Notes: generated from the sequence alone by a model not told the origin. A stretch of 58,379 nt of DNA from an uncultured bacterium (GCA_903821905.1 CAIJMQ010000043.1:1-58379), one strand, 5' to 3'. Counted from the first letter of the stretch, positions 28,838 through 38,902 are shown. A program made the numbers and translations.

Positions 28838-30259
28838 TTACAGTGTCCTTCTCATTTTAGAAGGTAAAATCCCGAGCTGTTCCCTGTATTTTGCTACGGT
28901 GCGGCGAGCAATTGTGTATCCCTGCTTATTAAGGAGATTTGTTATTTCTTGGTCGGATAATGGATGAGAAGATGCTTCGGTTTCAAAGAGTGTTTTTATC
29001 AAGTTTTTTACATTCCTTGATGATGTCATTTCTTCTTTTTGGAATAAGTCACCTGATTTAGCTAATCCACCTGAAAAGAAATATTTAAGTTTGAATATGC
29101 CACGCGGAGTTTCTATGTATTTGGCAGAAGTTACCCTGCTTATGGTTGATAGGTGCAAGCCTGTTGCTTCGGCAATATCTTTCAATGTTAGAACTTTCAA
29201 ATATCCTGTCCCTTTATCAAAGAATTCCCTTTGTCTATCGATAATATAGGAAGTGACCCTGTAAATTGTATCTTTACGATGTTGTATATTTTTTAACAGC
29301 CACTCTGCACTGTTTAATTTTTCTCTTATATATTTCGCGGTCTTATCCGTTCTTTTACTTTCTTTCAAAATCTTTCTGTATGATGGATTTATTCTTAAAG
29401 GAGGGAGTTCTCTTTCATTGACAACTATCTTGTAGTCGTTATCCACTTTTCTTACAATAACATCGGGCACTACGAAATTTATTTCAGTTGAAGAGTATTG
29501 TCTTCCAGGTTTTGGTTCAAGTTGACTAATAAAATGTATTTTTTCCCTCAATTCGTCGTCTGATATTTTTAAAGAAGCAGTAATTTTATGATATGTCTTG
29601 TTTGCTAAGTCGTCCAAATGTTCTTTGATTATTGTTTCCAGTATAGGGTCATTAGTCTTTTCGTTTTTCAGTTGTATTAGTAGGCACTCTTGTAAAGTTC
29701 TGGCGCCAACTCCGGCAGGGTCGAAACCTTGGATTACGGAAAGGATTTTTTCTACTTTCCCTTGGATCGTATTAAGAATTTGCGCTATTTCGTTTATATC
29801 GGCTTTTAAATAACCATCATCATCTATGTTTACAATAATAGTCTCAGCAATTTCTTCATCTAAATCTTTTAAGTTTATTTCATCTAATTGTTGAGTGAGA
29901 TGATGCTGCAAAGAAATGGGTTTGGTGATAGAGTTTTCAAGATAATCTCTTTTTTTTCTGTCTTCTTGGGTGTATTTTCTAGTTGGCCTTATTGCCTGAG
30001 GATATTCATCCCATTTGCTATCCAGTTCTTTTGTTGTTTCTTCACTTTCTTCTGTTTCTTCTGTGGTTTTTGTTGTTTCATCTTTCACTTTTTCCTCATC
30101 TGCTTGTTCTTGAAGTACAGGATTAATTGCTAATTCCTCTTGCAGGAGTGTTTTCAATTCAAGAATAGGGAGTTGCAGAATATGCATGGCTTGCATGAGT
30201 TGAGGCGTCATGACAAGTTTCTGCTGTAATTTATGTTCAAGTTTTTGTTCTATTTCCAT
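28838..30259 (-). CDS. rpoN: RNA polymerase sigma-54 factor
   Basis: Region I Q/L-rich start (LVMTPQLMQAMHILQLP), acidic region II, C-terminal RpoN box ARRTVAKYRE; 473 aa. Confidence 0.92.
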   Translation of the reverse strand: MEIEQKLEHKLQQKLVMTPQLMQAMHILQLPILELKTLLQEELAINPVLQEQADEEKVKDETTKTTEETEESEETTKELDSKWDEYPQAIRPTRKYTQEDRKKRDYLENSITKPISLQHHLTQQLDEINLKDLDEEIAETIIVNIDDDGYLKADINEIAQILNTIQGKVEKILSVIQGFDPAGVGARTLQECLLIQLKNEKTNDPILETIIKEHLDDLANKTYHKITASLKISDDELREKIHFISQLEPKPGRQYSSTEINFVVPDVIVRKVDNDYKIVVNERELPPLRINPSYRKILKESKRTDKTAKYIREKLNSAEWLLKNIQHRKDTIYRVTSYIIDRQREFFDKGTGYLKVLTLKDIAEATGLHLSTISRVTSAKYIETPRGIFKLKYFFSGGLAKSGDLFQKEEMTSSRNVKNLIKTLFETEASSHPLSDQEITNLLNKQGYTIARRTVAKYREQLGILPSKMRRTL

Positions 30260-30280
30260 GTGCTTATAATTGATTACAAC

Positions 30281-31009
30281 TTAAATTTTTTTCTTGAATA
30301 TTGGCGGAGATAATCTTTTATGCATCGATTTTTGCGATAGCTTTTCAACTAGTTTCTTTTGTGGAGTGTTTGCTGGCTTTTTCTTTTCTTCTAGGTTCTT
30401 TAACATTGCATCTAATTCTTTATACGTTATCCCAAGTTCTCCTTCGTCTGTTTGTCCTTCCCATAGGTCTGCCGATGGCGGTTTACTTATTATTCTTTGA
30501 GGCATATGAATATATTTGGCTAACTTTATCAATTCTGTTTTATAGATATCTGCTAAAGGCATAATGTCAGAAGCTCCATCTCCATACTTTGTAAAATAGC
30601 CGGCACAATATTCTGATTTGTTGCCCGTTCCAACAACAAGATAGTCAAGTTTATTTGCAAGATAATAGAGTGTAGTCATGCGAAGGCGAACTTTCAGGTT
30701 GGAATGTGATATTTTATTTCCGTCCGGAAGAATAGATAAAAAAGTATCGTAAATAGTTGAAAGGTCTATGTGCTGAGTGGGAATTTGTAGAAATTCAACG
30801 GCTATTTTAGTATCTTCTAAAACTGCAGGCTCTGAATGGCATGGCATTGTAAGCCCCAGGACTTTATTAGGGCCTGAAGCTTTTTTGCATAGAAAAGCAG
30901 TAATAGTAGAATCCAGTCCCCCGGAAAGCCCAACAAGTAATCCTTTTTTACCGGTTTCTACTAATTTCTCTTTTATCCAAATACTTATATCATTTACGAG
31001 TTTCTGCAT
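30281..31009 (-). CDS. nadE: NH3-dependent NAD+ synthetase
   Basis: PP-loop SGGLDS motif; 242 aa. Confidence 0.88.
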   Translation of the reverse strand: MQKLVNDISIWIKEKLVETGKKGLLVGLSGGLDSTITAFLCKKASGPNKVLGLTMPCHSEPAVLEDTKIAVEFLQIPTQHIDLSTIYDTFLSILPDGNKISHSNLKVRLRMTTLYYLANKLDYLVVGTGNKSEYCAGYFTKYGDGASDIMPLADIYKTELIKLAKYIHMPQRIISKPPSADLWEGQTDEGELGITYKELDAMLKNLEEKKKPANTPQKKLVEKLSQKSMHKRLSPPIFKKKI

Positions 31010-31064
31010 TTTATTATAGTGTAGAATGGGGGTCTTTGAATCCTAAATTTTCAACTCTAAACTT

Positions 31065-32393
31065 TTATAGAATTGAATAGTACTTATCCATTTCATAAGA
31101 AGTCACTTGAGCTCTGTAGGTGTCCCATTCCATCTTTTTATTTTCTAAAAATTTACTAAAGACGTGTTCTCCCAATGTTTCTCTTACAATCTTGCTTTTT
31201 TCTGTTAGGAGTACCGCTTCATATAAGTCCCCGGGTAGAATTTCTATGCCTAATTTTTTCCTTTCTTTTTCGCCTATCTCATATACGTTTCTTTCTATCG
31301 GGGTTTTGAGTTTATATTCTTTCTCTATGCCTTCAATTCCAGCAGCTAACATTACTGCAAATGCAAGATATGGATTGCATGCTGGGTCAGGAGCACGGTA
31401 TTCGACTCTTGTTGCTTTTTCTCTTCCCGGTTTATACATAGGTATTCTAACCAGGTCAGAGCGATTTCTCAGGGCCCACGATATATAAACGGGTGCTTCG
31501 TATCCCGGGACTAATCTCTTGTAAGAATTTACCCATTGATTAGTGATTGATGTTATCTCTTTTGCGTGTTCCATTAATCCGGCAATGAAATACTTTGCCA
31601 TCTGGGAAAGATGATACTTGTCACTCTTATCAAAGAAAGCATTCTTTTCCCCCTTGAATAAAGACATGTGGGTATGCATACCACTGCCGTTTTCTCCAAA
31701 AACAGGTTTTGGCATAAAAGTGGCATGAACACCATTTTTTAAGGCTATTTCTTTTACGATAATCCTGTAAGTCATAACAGTGTCAGCCATTGTTAATGCG
31801 TCTCTGTATCTTAAATCAATTTCGTGTTGTGAGGGTGCTACTTCGTGATGAGAGTATTCTACCGGTATTCCCATTGATTCCAGAGCAATTACTGTCTTTT
31901 TTCTCAAATCACTTGCTATATCCATGGGTGTGAGGTCAAAATATCCACCTTGATCAATTGGTTCTGCTTTTTTTTCAGAATTCTTAAAATAGAAATACTC
32001 AAGTTCCGGCCCCACGTAAAAAGTGTAGCCCATATCATGGACTTTTTTTAATATTCTTTTCAGAACATAACGGGGGTCACCATCATAAGGAGAACCATCA
32101 GGATTTTTAATATCACAAAACATTCTTGCAACCTTGACATCTTCAACTGGTCCCCAAGGTAGAATGGCAAATGTATCAGGGTCAGGCAAAGCTACCATGT
32201 CACTTTCATCTATTCTTGCAAATCCCTCTACAGAAGAGCCGTCGAACCCTTTACCTTCATATAAAGCTTCTTCCAGTTCGTTTATAGTAATAGCAAAACT
32301 TTTTAAGAATCCTAATATGTCTGTGAACCATAATCTAACAAATCTTATCTTTTCCTTTTTTGCTAATTTAAGAATCTCTTCCCTTTTATCCAT
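31065..32393 (-). CDS. glnA: Glutamine synthetase
   Basis: GS beta-grasp N-terminus and catalytic-domain motifs (GSGMHTHMS, NPY, RVEYRAPD); 442 aa. Confidence 0.88.
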   Translation of the reverse strand: MDKREEILKLAKKEKIRFVRLWFTDILGFLKSFAITINELEEALYEGKGFDGSSVEGFARIDESDMVALPDPDTFAILPWGPVEDVKVARMFCDIKNPDGSPYDGDPRYVLKRILKKVHDMGYTFYVGPELEYFYFKNSEKKAEPIDQGGYFDLTPMDIASDLRKKTVIALESMGIPVEYSHHEVAPSQHEIDLRYRDALTMADTVMTYRIIVKEIALKNGVHATFMPKPVFGENGSGMHTHMSLFKGEKNAFFDKSDKYHLSQMAKYFIAGLMEHAKEITSITNQWVNSYKRLVPGYEAPVYISWALRNRSDLVRIPMYKPGREKATRVEYRAPDPACNPYLAFAVMLAAGIEGIEKEYKLKTPIERNVYEIGEKERKKLGIEILPGDLYEAVLLTEKSKIVRETLGEHVFSKFLENKKMEWDTYRAQVTSYEMDKYYSIL

Positions 32394-32408
32394 TCCTTCC
32401 TCCTATTG

Positions 32409-33413
32409 TTAAAAAATCCCGTCTATTTTCGCGTCACAATGTGGGCATTTCTTGTTTTTTATATTGTTTTTAATCACGGTGAATCCATATCTTTCAATTA
32501 GTATATTCTTACAATTATAGCAATAAGTATTCTCTCCTTCATCTCCCTGCATATTCCCAGTATATACATATTTTAATCCTTTATCTATACCCATTTCTCT
32601 TGCTTTGGTTAAAATGTGTGCTGAAGTGGGGGGAATATCGGTCATAAGATGGTTTGGATAAAAGGCAGATAGATGCCAGGGGATTTCTTTTCCCACTTCT
32701 TTTATGAAGTCAGCTATATCTGTAAGTTCTTCAATGGAATCGTTTACTTTAGGGATGACCAAAGTTGTAATTTCCACCCAAATACCGAGTTTTTTCATAA
32801 GTTTTATACTATTTTCAACCGGCTCCAGTTTTCCTCCGCAAATTTTTTTATAAGTGTCTTCTCTAAAAGATTTTAAATCGACATTACAAGCATCTAAAAG
32901 GTGAGTTATTTTTTCTAAAGGTTCGCTGTTTGTATATCCGTTTGTGACAAAAATATTTTTTATCCCCTTTGCATGTGCGAGAGTACAACAATCATATGCA
33001 AATTCATAGAAGATTGTCGGTTCTGTATAAGTATATGCAATAGATTTACATCCGGTTTTTAGTGCATTTTTTATTATTTCTTCAGGATTGGTGTCTCGAC
33101 CTGGGATTATGGAATCTTTATCTATCTGTGATATTTGCCAATTTTGACAATTACGGCAGGAAAGATTACACCCAACCGTGGAAATTGAATATGAGAAGGA
33201 CCCGGGAAGTATGTGGAAAATGGGTTTTTTCTCAATGGGGTCTACATTCTCTGCAACGACTTTACCGTATACAAGAGAATAAAGTTTTCCATCTATATTC
33301 TCCCTAACATTGCATAACCCTCTTCTTCCGATTTTTATTAGACAGTTGTGCGGACACAAAAAACACCTTATATCATTGTTAGGTTCTGTCTTATAGAATA
33401 ACGCCTCTTTCAT
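32409..33413 (-). CDS. AmmeMemoRadiSam-system-type radical SAM enzyme (PFL-activase-like)
   Basis: Characteristic N-terminus (DIRCFLCPHNCLIKIGRRGLCNVREN...GKLYS), radical-SAM Cx3Cx2C (CNLSCRNC), and a C-terminal CxxC...CxxC zinc ribbon; 334 aa. Confidence 0.75.
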   Translation of the reverse strand: MKEALFYKTEPNNDIRCFLCPHNCLIKIGRRGLCNVRENIDGKLYSLVYGKVVAENVDPIEKKPIFHILPGSFSYSISTVGCNLSCRNCQNWQISQIDKDSIIPGRDTNPEEIIKNALKTGCKSIAYTYTEPTIFYEFAYDCCTLAHAKGIKNIFVTNGYTNSEPLEKITHLLDACNVDLKSFREDTYKKICGGKLEPVENSIKLMKKLGIWVEITTLVIPKVNDSIEELTDIADFIKEVGKEIPWHLSAFYPNHLMTDIPPTSAHILTKAREMGIDKGLKYVYTGNMQGDEGENTYCYNCKNILIERYGFTVIKNNIKNKKCPHCDAKIDGIF

Positions 33414-33487
33414 AAGAATAGTATATCAATTTTATCTCAAACATGAAATTACTTACCCCTTTGGGTAGACATATCTTGCATAATATT

Positions 33488-33515
33488 TTGTAAGAAATTA
33501 AAATTCTGGTATAAT
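33488..33515 (+). promoter_or_regulatory. Sigma-70-type promoter for acpP (TTGTAA -35, 16-nt spacer, extended -10 TGgTATAAT)
   Basis: Read directly from the sequence; a strong RBS AAAGGAGG follows. Confidence 0.5.
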
Positions 33516-33556
33516 TCCCCATCAAATCTTAATTTTTAAATTAAAAGGAGGTTAGA

Positions 33557-33793
33557 ATGTCAGACATTGAACAAAAAGTAAAGGATATTATTGTAGAACA
33601 ATTAGGAGTTAAAAAAGAACAAGTAACAGAGACAGCTTCCTTTATTGATGATTTGGGGGCCGATTCTCTGGATACTGTAGAACTAGTAATGGCGTTAGAA
33701 GAAGAATTTAACATAGAAATACCTGATGAAGAAGCGGAAAAAATTCGAACCGTGGGAGAAGCAGTAGGTTATATTAACAAGCACGGCAAATAG
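33557..33793 (+). CDS. acpP: Acyl carrier protein
   Basis: [20 protein letters not shown] phosphopantetheine-attachment motif; 78 aa. Confidence 0.95.
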   Translation: MSDIEQKVKDIIVEQLGVKKEQVTETASFIDDLGADSLDTVELVMALEEEFNIEIPDEEAEKIRTVGEAVGYINKHGK

Positions 33794-33857
33794 AATTTCT
33801 ACCAATAACAAAGGATATCAGTACATCAGAACATTAGGAAGTAGGATACCGGGGAAT

Positions 33858-33927
33858 CAGGATATCAGGCGTTTTTATCCTTTCCTGACATTCTGATAAC
33901 CTGATGGCCTTCCTCCTGATATCCTGG
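33858..33927 (+). repeat. Long-range inverted repeat (CAGGATATCAGG / CCTGATATCCTGG) in the acpP-fabF spacer, plus further GATATC-containing half-sites
   Basis: A 12-13-bp complementary pair 45 nt apart, and related copies at ~33813 and ~33883. Confidence 0.5.
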
Positions 33928-33946
33928 TAAACCGAGACCCTAAAAC

Positions 33947-35191
33947 ATGCAACCTAAACGCGTAGTTATTACAGGGATGGGATGTGTTACACCTATCGGT
34001 AATAATCTTGAAGAATTTTGGGCATCCCTTCTTGAAGGCAAAAGCGGAATACGTAGGATAACTTATTTCGACGTTTCGCTTTATTCCACTCAGATTGCTG
34101 CAGAAGTTAAAAATTTTGACCCAAGTCCCTACATAGACGCTAAAAGTGTGAGACGTCTGGATAAGTTTGCACAGTATGCTATTGTTTCAACTTATATGGC
34201 TTTCAAGGATGCCGGTATAGATTTAACAAAAATAGATAAAGAAAAAGCCGGTGTTATTTTAGGCTCAGGTATTGGAGGATTACAGGTTATAGAAGACCAG
34301 CATGCTATTATTATGGAGAAAGGTCCTTCAAAAGTTTCTCCGTTTCTCATTCCGATGCTTATAGCTGACGAAGCTCCCGGCCAGATAGCAATCAACTGTG
34401 GTTTTAAAGGCCCTAATATGTCCATTGCAACAGCTTGTGCTTCAGCTTCTCATGCAATAGGAATATCTTTTAGAACGATTCGTTATGGAGAAGCAGATAT
34501 AATGGTTACCGGCGGTAGTGATGCTGCTATAACACCTCTTGGTTTAGCCGGTTTCAGCCAGATGAAAGCACTCTCAGCACGTAATGATTCACCGGAAGAA
34601 GCATCCCGTCCTTTTGATAAAGAAAGAGACGGTTTTGTTATGGCTGATGGCGGTGGAATACTTATTCTTGAAAGTTTGGAACATGCTAAGAAAAGAGGCG
34701 CTCGTATATATGCCGAGCTGGTCGGTTTTGGGATGACTGCAGATGCCTATCATATTACTGCTCCAGACCCTGAAGGTGAGGGTGCAAGGTTGGCTATGTC
34801 TGGAGCACTTAAAGACGGCAATATTAATTTATCCGACGTTGGCTATATAAACGCGCACGGAACTTCTACGCAATATAACGATAGAATAGAAACACTTGCG
34901 ATAAAGAAACTTTTCGGAAAGAATGCTTACAACATACCGATTTCTTCAACCAAATCGATGACAGGACATATGCTTGGAGCCGGAGGAGCTGTTGAGTTGA
35001 TTGTTTGCGTTAAGACAATAGAGGAAGGCATTATTCATCCTACTATTAATTATAAAAATCCAGACCCTGAATGTGATTTAGATTATGTCCCCAACAAACC
35101 CAGAGAAAAAGAAGTCAAAGTTGCAATATCCAACTCTTTCGGTTTCGGTGGTCATAATGCCTGTATTGCAGTTAAGAAATTTGAAGATTAA
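33947..35191 (+). CDS. fabF: 3-oxoacyl-ACP synthase II
   Basis: KAS active-site Cys ([10 protein letters not shown]), the HGTST and [11 protein letters not shown] His motifs; 414 aa. Confidence 0.92.
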   Translation: MQPKRVVITGMGCVTPIGNNLEEFWASLLEGKSGIRRITYFDVSLYSTQIAAEVKNFDPSPYIDAKSVRRLDKFAQYAIVSTYMAFKDAGIDLTKIDKEKAGVILGSGIGGLQVIEDQHAIIMEKGPSKVSPFLIPMLIADEAPGQIAINCGFKGPNMSIATACASASHAIGISFRTIRYGEADIMVTGGSDAAITPLGLAGFSQMKALSARNDSPEEASRPFDKERDGFVMADGGGILILESLEHAKKRGARIYAELVGFGMTADAYHITAPDPEGEGARLAMSGALKDGNINLSDVGYINAHGTSTQYNDRIETLAIKKLFGKNAYNIPISSTKSMTGHMLGAGGAVELIVCVKTIEEGIIHPTINYKNPDPECDLDYVPNKPREKEVKVAISNSFGFGGHNACIAVKKFED

Positions 35192-35212
35192 TAATAAAAA
35201 AAGGATAACAAA

Positions 35213-36352
35213 ATGGATTTCAATTTGACCGAAGAACAAGAATTGATGCTTGAACAAGTAAAAAAAGTTTGCAAAGAAAAAATTGCACCTAGAGCTGATG
35301 AGGTTGAAAAGGGAGGAAAATTTCCCAAAGAAAACCTCAAGCTTTTATCCGATATGGATTTGTTGGGATTAGTTATTCCTGAAGCATACGGCGGTTTAGG
35401 AATGAATTTTCTTACTTGGACATTAATGGCGGAAGAAATATCCAAAGCCTGCGGGACTACAGGCCTTTCTTTCGGTGCAAATCTACTCTGCGTATATCCT
35501 CTTATGACATTCGGCACCGAAGAGCAGAAAAAGAAATATCTCCCACATCTTGCTAAAGACGGAATCGGTGCTTTTGGCCTTACTGAACCCGAAGCTGGTT
35601 CCGATGCCGGGAACGTTAAGACAACCGCAAAAGAAGACGGCGATTCATATATCATAAATGGTAGAAAGATATTCATAACAAACGGCGGTGAAGCATCTAC
35701 ATTCATAATCATTGCTACTACAAGACCAAACAAAGGTGCTAGAGGTTTTACTGCTTTCATAGTAGAAAAAGGAACTAAAGGTTTTTCTGTTGGACAGCAC
35801 TTTGACAAAATGGGATTTGCAGGCCTATCAAATGTGGAACTAGTATTTGACGATTGCAGAGTCCCCAAGGCAAACATTCTCAACCAGGAAGGCAGAGGCT
35901 TTAGAGTTGCTATGGAGACTTTTGATTTAGGAAGAATTGGAGTAGGAGTCGGAGCGTTAGGTGTTGCAGAATCAGCATACGAGAAAGCACTTCAGTATTC
36001 CAAAGAAAGAATCCAGTTTGGCAAACCAATATCATCATTCCAGGCAGTCCAGCATATATTAGCGGATATGGCTACAGAGATTGAAGCAGCAAAGCTAATT
36101 CTATATGAAGCCGCCTGGCTTAAAGATAACGGCAAACCTTTCGAGAAAATTGCTTCAATGGGCAAACTATATGCCTCCGAAGTCGCAATGAACACTACGG
36201 TCAAAGCAGTTCAGGTATTTGGAGGGTCAGGCTATATGAAGGACTATCCAGTTGAACGGCTTATGAGGGAAGCGAAACTTTTTGAAATCATAGAAGGCAC
36301 ATCACAAATCCAAAGAAACATTATTGCTAATTTCATCCTTAAAGGGCAATAA
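35213..36352 (+). CDS. Acyl-CoA dehydrogenase
   Basis: ACAD motifs ([16 protein letters not shown], catalytic region [15 protein letters not shown]); 379 aa. Confidence 0.9.
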   Translation: MDFNLTEEQELMLEQVKKVCKEKIAPRADEVEKGGKFPKENLKLLSDMDLLGLVIPEAYGGLGMNFLTWTLMAEEISKACGTTGLSFGANLLCVYPLMTFGTEEQKKKYLPHLAKDGIGAFGLTEPEAGSDAGNVKTTAKEDGDSYIINGRKIFITNGGEASTFIIIATTRPNKGARGFTAFIVEKGTKGFSVGQHFDKMGFAGLSNVELVFDDCRVPKANILNQEGRGFRVAMETFDLGRIGVGVGALGVAESAYEKALQYSKERIQFGKPISSFQAVQHILADMATEIEAAKLILYEAAWLKDNGKPFEKIASMGKLYASEVAMNTTVKAVQVFGGSGYMKDYPVERLMREAKLFEIIEGTSQIQRNIIANFILKGQ

Positions 36353-36403
36353 TCTTTTACAGTAGTTTTAATTAAGACGAGATTGCCACGCTCACTATGT
36401 TCG

Positions 36404-36436
36404 CTCGCAATGACATATTGAGGTTGTCATTGCGAG
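36404..36436. repeat. Perfect 12-bp-stem hairpin (CTCGCAATGACA-9 nt loop-TGTCATTGCGAG) just downstream of the acyl-CoA dehydrogenase gene
   Basis: Exact inverted repeat with no following U-tract. Confidence 0.6.
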
Positions 36437-36462
36437 GAGTTTACGACGAAGCAATCTCTCTT

Positions 36463-36608
36463 TTATAACAAAATACAAGAAAAACGCAAAAATACAGCAT
36501 TTTTAATCAATTTTTGTTCATTTTTTAACAAAAATTAACGTTTTTTAAAAAGTTTATAAGTAAAAATATTGGCATATTTTCAACAAAATGCTCAATTTTT
36601 TAACAAAA
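36463..36608. repeat. Four dispersed copies of a TT(W)(W)(A/C)AACAAAA motif in an extremely AT-rich ~230-bp stretch upstream of the DUF2971 gene
   Basis: Copies at 36463, 36523, 36578 and 36598. Iteron-like or regulator-binding-site-like. Confidence 0.4.
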
Positions 36609-36669
36609 AACACTTATTTTTATGCAAAAAAGAGTGATTTTAATTAAAAATTATAGTTTTTTTAAATAA

Positions 36670-37467
36670 ATGGATATAACACCTAAGCCACAAATACTTT
36701 ACAAATATAGATCACTTTCTGAAGACAATTTCAGATTTACTCGGGATATATTTATAAAGAATGAACTATATTTCCCATATCCCAATCAATTCAATGACCC
36801 ATTTGATTGTAATATTTTCCCTTGTGTGAAAGATATTACTAAAGAACAAATATTTAAAAAGATTGAGAATATTAAACCTGAAAAATTTGTGGCTATGGGA
36901 ACTAATTTAGATAAAGTTAAACAAACCATTAATAATAAATCCGAATCAGAGTTAAAAACATATTTATTGGATAAATACAAAATCCACCAGCATGTGGGAG
37001 TGTTATCTTTATCCGAGAAGAATTTAGATATTCTAATGTGGGGACACTATGCAGATTCTCATAAAGGAATTTGTATAGGCTTTGCTTGTAATAAATTACT
37101 TTTTTATTTTGATGGCAAACCATCTGTTCCTTTTGAAGTTAATTATCCTCCATCTAATAAATATCCAGAATGGAATCCTCTTGCTTGTACTGGAGAAGAA
37201 TTAATCGAAAAAATACTACTTACTAAAGCAGTAGGTTGGGAATATGAACAAGAATGGAGAATCATACTCCCCGAAAAAGGAGGGACTTCACAGGAACTTG
37301 ACCCTGATGCACTAATTTCGGTATATCTTGGTTGCAAAATTACTGAACAAAACAAAAAAACTGTCATCAGTTGGTGTTTGCAGAGGAAGCAAAAACCGAA
37401 AATATATGAGACAAGAGTAGATGAATCATCTTATTCACTAAAAGATAATGAGATCATATACTTCTAA
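36670..37467 (+). CDS. DUF2971-family protein
   Basis: Family-typical N-terminus (LYKYRSL...ELYFPYPNQFNDPFD) and a later MWGHYADSHKGICIGF block; 265 aa. Confidence 0.7.
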   Translation: MDITPKPQILYKYRSLSEDNFRFTRDIFIKNELYFPYPNQFNDPFDCNIFPCVKDITKEQIFKKIENIKPEKFVAMGTNLDKVKQTINNKSESELKTYLLDKYKIHQHVGVLSLSEKNLDILMWGHYADSHKGICIGFACNKLLFYFDGKPSVPFEVNYPPSNKYPEWNPLACTGEELIEKILLTKAVGWEYEQEWRIILPEKGGTSQELDPDALISVYLGCKITEQNKKTVISWCLQRKQKPKIYETRVDESSYSLKDNEIIYF

Positions 37468-38771
37468 ATATCCTTCTCGCCTTCTACTTCCATTGGACGT
37501 AAGCGCGTTACGCTGAAGAAAAGGTCTAAGCTGCTTATTTTCTCCACGCGTCTGACTTCTTTTATTAGAGGAAGAAATGCTATCACGAATATAGCGCGTA
37601 ATACTCCCGAAATCAGGAACAAGGTAAACAGCCGATATCCGAAAATCGGCGGAAGATTTTTTGCCAGAAAACCGCCTATGAGTGCTCCGATGCAGACGGC
37701 TAAACCGTTAATAACATTAAGATATGACGCACATCGAATTCTCTTCTCAGGCGTAACTACGTCGTAAATGAAATTAAATACGGATAAACCATATCCTGCC
37801 CATATAAAACCCGAGAAAAACTGGAGCAAAATCATGTAACCGACATTATGCGAGAAGAACCACATGAAAGGAATGATTGGTATGAATAAAGATGTAAGCT
37901 GTATGACTTTCATGTTACCTACTAGGTCGGCATGCCTGCCCCATATCCCCATTGTAAGAAGTGTGGAAATTGTAGATGCTATCATCACGGCCGTGTAGGT
38001 TGCATAGTTAATGTTTAAATCGCGTAGCATATAAACAGCAAAGAAGGGGCTTGCCATATTTACTGCAAAGCTCATGCTTGCTACATATAAAACAAACTTT
38101 CCGAAATTAGATTCTCTACCTCTTTTTATGAAATCAAAGAAAGTGAAATAATGTTCCTTGGTGACTTTCATCGGCGGGTCATACATTTTGCTCAAGTAAT
38201 ACCAGGAAACGAATCTTGCTGCGCAGCCAACTCCTATTATTATTGTAAATCCTATTAGTTTATCTTTGCCGAAAGCGTTCAGGATAAAACCTGCCAGAAA
38301 AGCACACGTTACAGTTATCATCCCCAGCAATCTGTTTCTCCATCCGAAATATTTTCCGCGGCTCTTATATGGTATATGGTCAGCCATAAGACTCATCCAG
38401 GCTGGTCCGGGGAAAGCATTAAAAGATGCCATAAGGGTAACGAATAATATGAGCCACAATGCCCTGTTTGCCTTGAAGATGAACGGAATCAATAAAATCG
38501 GTATATACATGAATGCATGAAAGAAAACGAATATTGTTATTATTTTGACGCGGCTTTTGAGATGTTCCGTTACGTCCGCAGATTTTAGCTGTGTAAGAGA
38601 AGAAACAAGACTCGGGAAAGCTGCAAGCATACCTATTTGAGAACTTGTTGCTTTGAGTGCGACAGCAAAAGGAGTAATATACTGGTCAATGAAACCTGAC
38701 ATTACTGAACAGAATGCCCCGTCGAGGAAGGAATTCCTCAGGCTTTGTCTTAGTCTCCCTTTCTTATTCAT
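37464..38771 (-). CDS. MFS-family transporter
   Basis: 12 predicted TM helices with an MFS-like loop (GWRNRLLG); 435 aa. Confidence 0.7.
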   Translation of the reverse strand: MNKKGRLRQSLRNSFLDGAFCSVMSGFIDQYITPFAVALKATSSQIGMLAAFPSLVSSLTQLKSADVTEHLKSRVKIITIFVFFHAFMYIPILLIPFIFKANRALWLILFVTLMASFNAFPGPAWMSLMADHIPYKSRGKYFGWRNRLLGMITVTCAFLAGFILNAFGKDKLIGFTIIIGVGCAARFVSWYYLSKMYDPPMKVTKEHYFTFFDFIKRGRESNFGKFVLYVASMSFAVNMASPFFAVYMLRDLNINYATYTAVMIASTISTLLTMGIWGRHADLVGNMKVIQLTSLFIPIIPFMWFFSHNVGYMILLQFFSGFIWAGYGLSVFNFIYDVVTPEKRIRCASYLNVINGLAVCIGALIGGFLAKNLPPIFGYRLFTLFLISGVLRAIFVIAFLPLIKEVRRVEKISSLDLFFSVTRLRPMEVEGEKDI

Positions 38772-38826
38772 AGAGATAATATTATATCAGAGAAGATACA
38801 TGGAAATTTCTAACAGGGAAAAAGGA

Positions 38827-38857
38827 TTGACTATTCTGACTGGACATATACTATAAT
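38827..38857 (+). promoter_or_regulatory. Candidate promoter for the ZIP transporter gene. The -10 region lies within the imperfect palindrome CATATACTATAATATG, a possible metal-regulator box
   Basis: TTGACT ... TATAAT with a long (19-nt) spacer, so the promoter call is weak. Alternative -10 TATACT. Confidence 0.3.
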
Positions 38858-38902
38858 ATGACTCCAAACAATTTATAAAACTTTTTAGTGAGGAGGTGCT
38901 AG

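Noticed and set aside
35188-35883. 231-aa ORF on the minus strand
   Set aside because: It is antisense to the fabF end and acyl-CoA dehydrogenase genes, which carry strong family motifs. Its composition is Ser/Pro-rich and low-complexity.
36404-36436. Intrinsic terminator for the acd gene
   Set aside because: The stem is perfect but it is not followed by a U-tract. I call it a hairpin or palindrome only.
36440-36669. CRISPR array
   Set aside because: The repeats are 11-nt AT-rich motifs with irregular spacing (60, 55 and 20 nt). They are not 25-40-nt direct repeats with uniform spacers.
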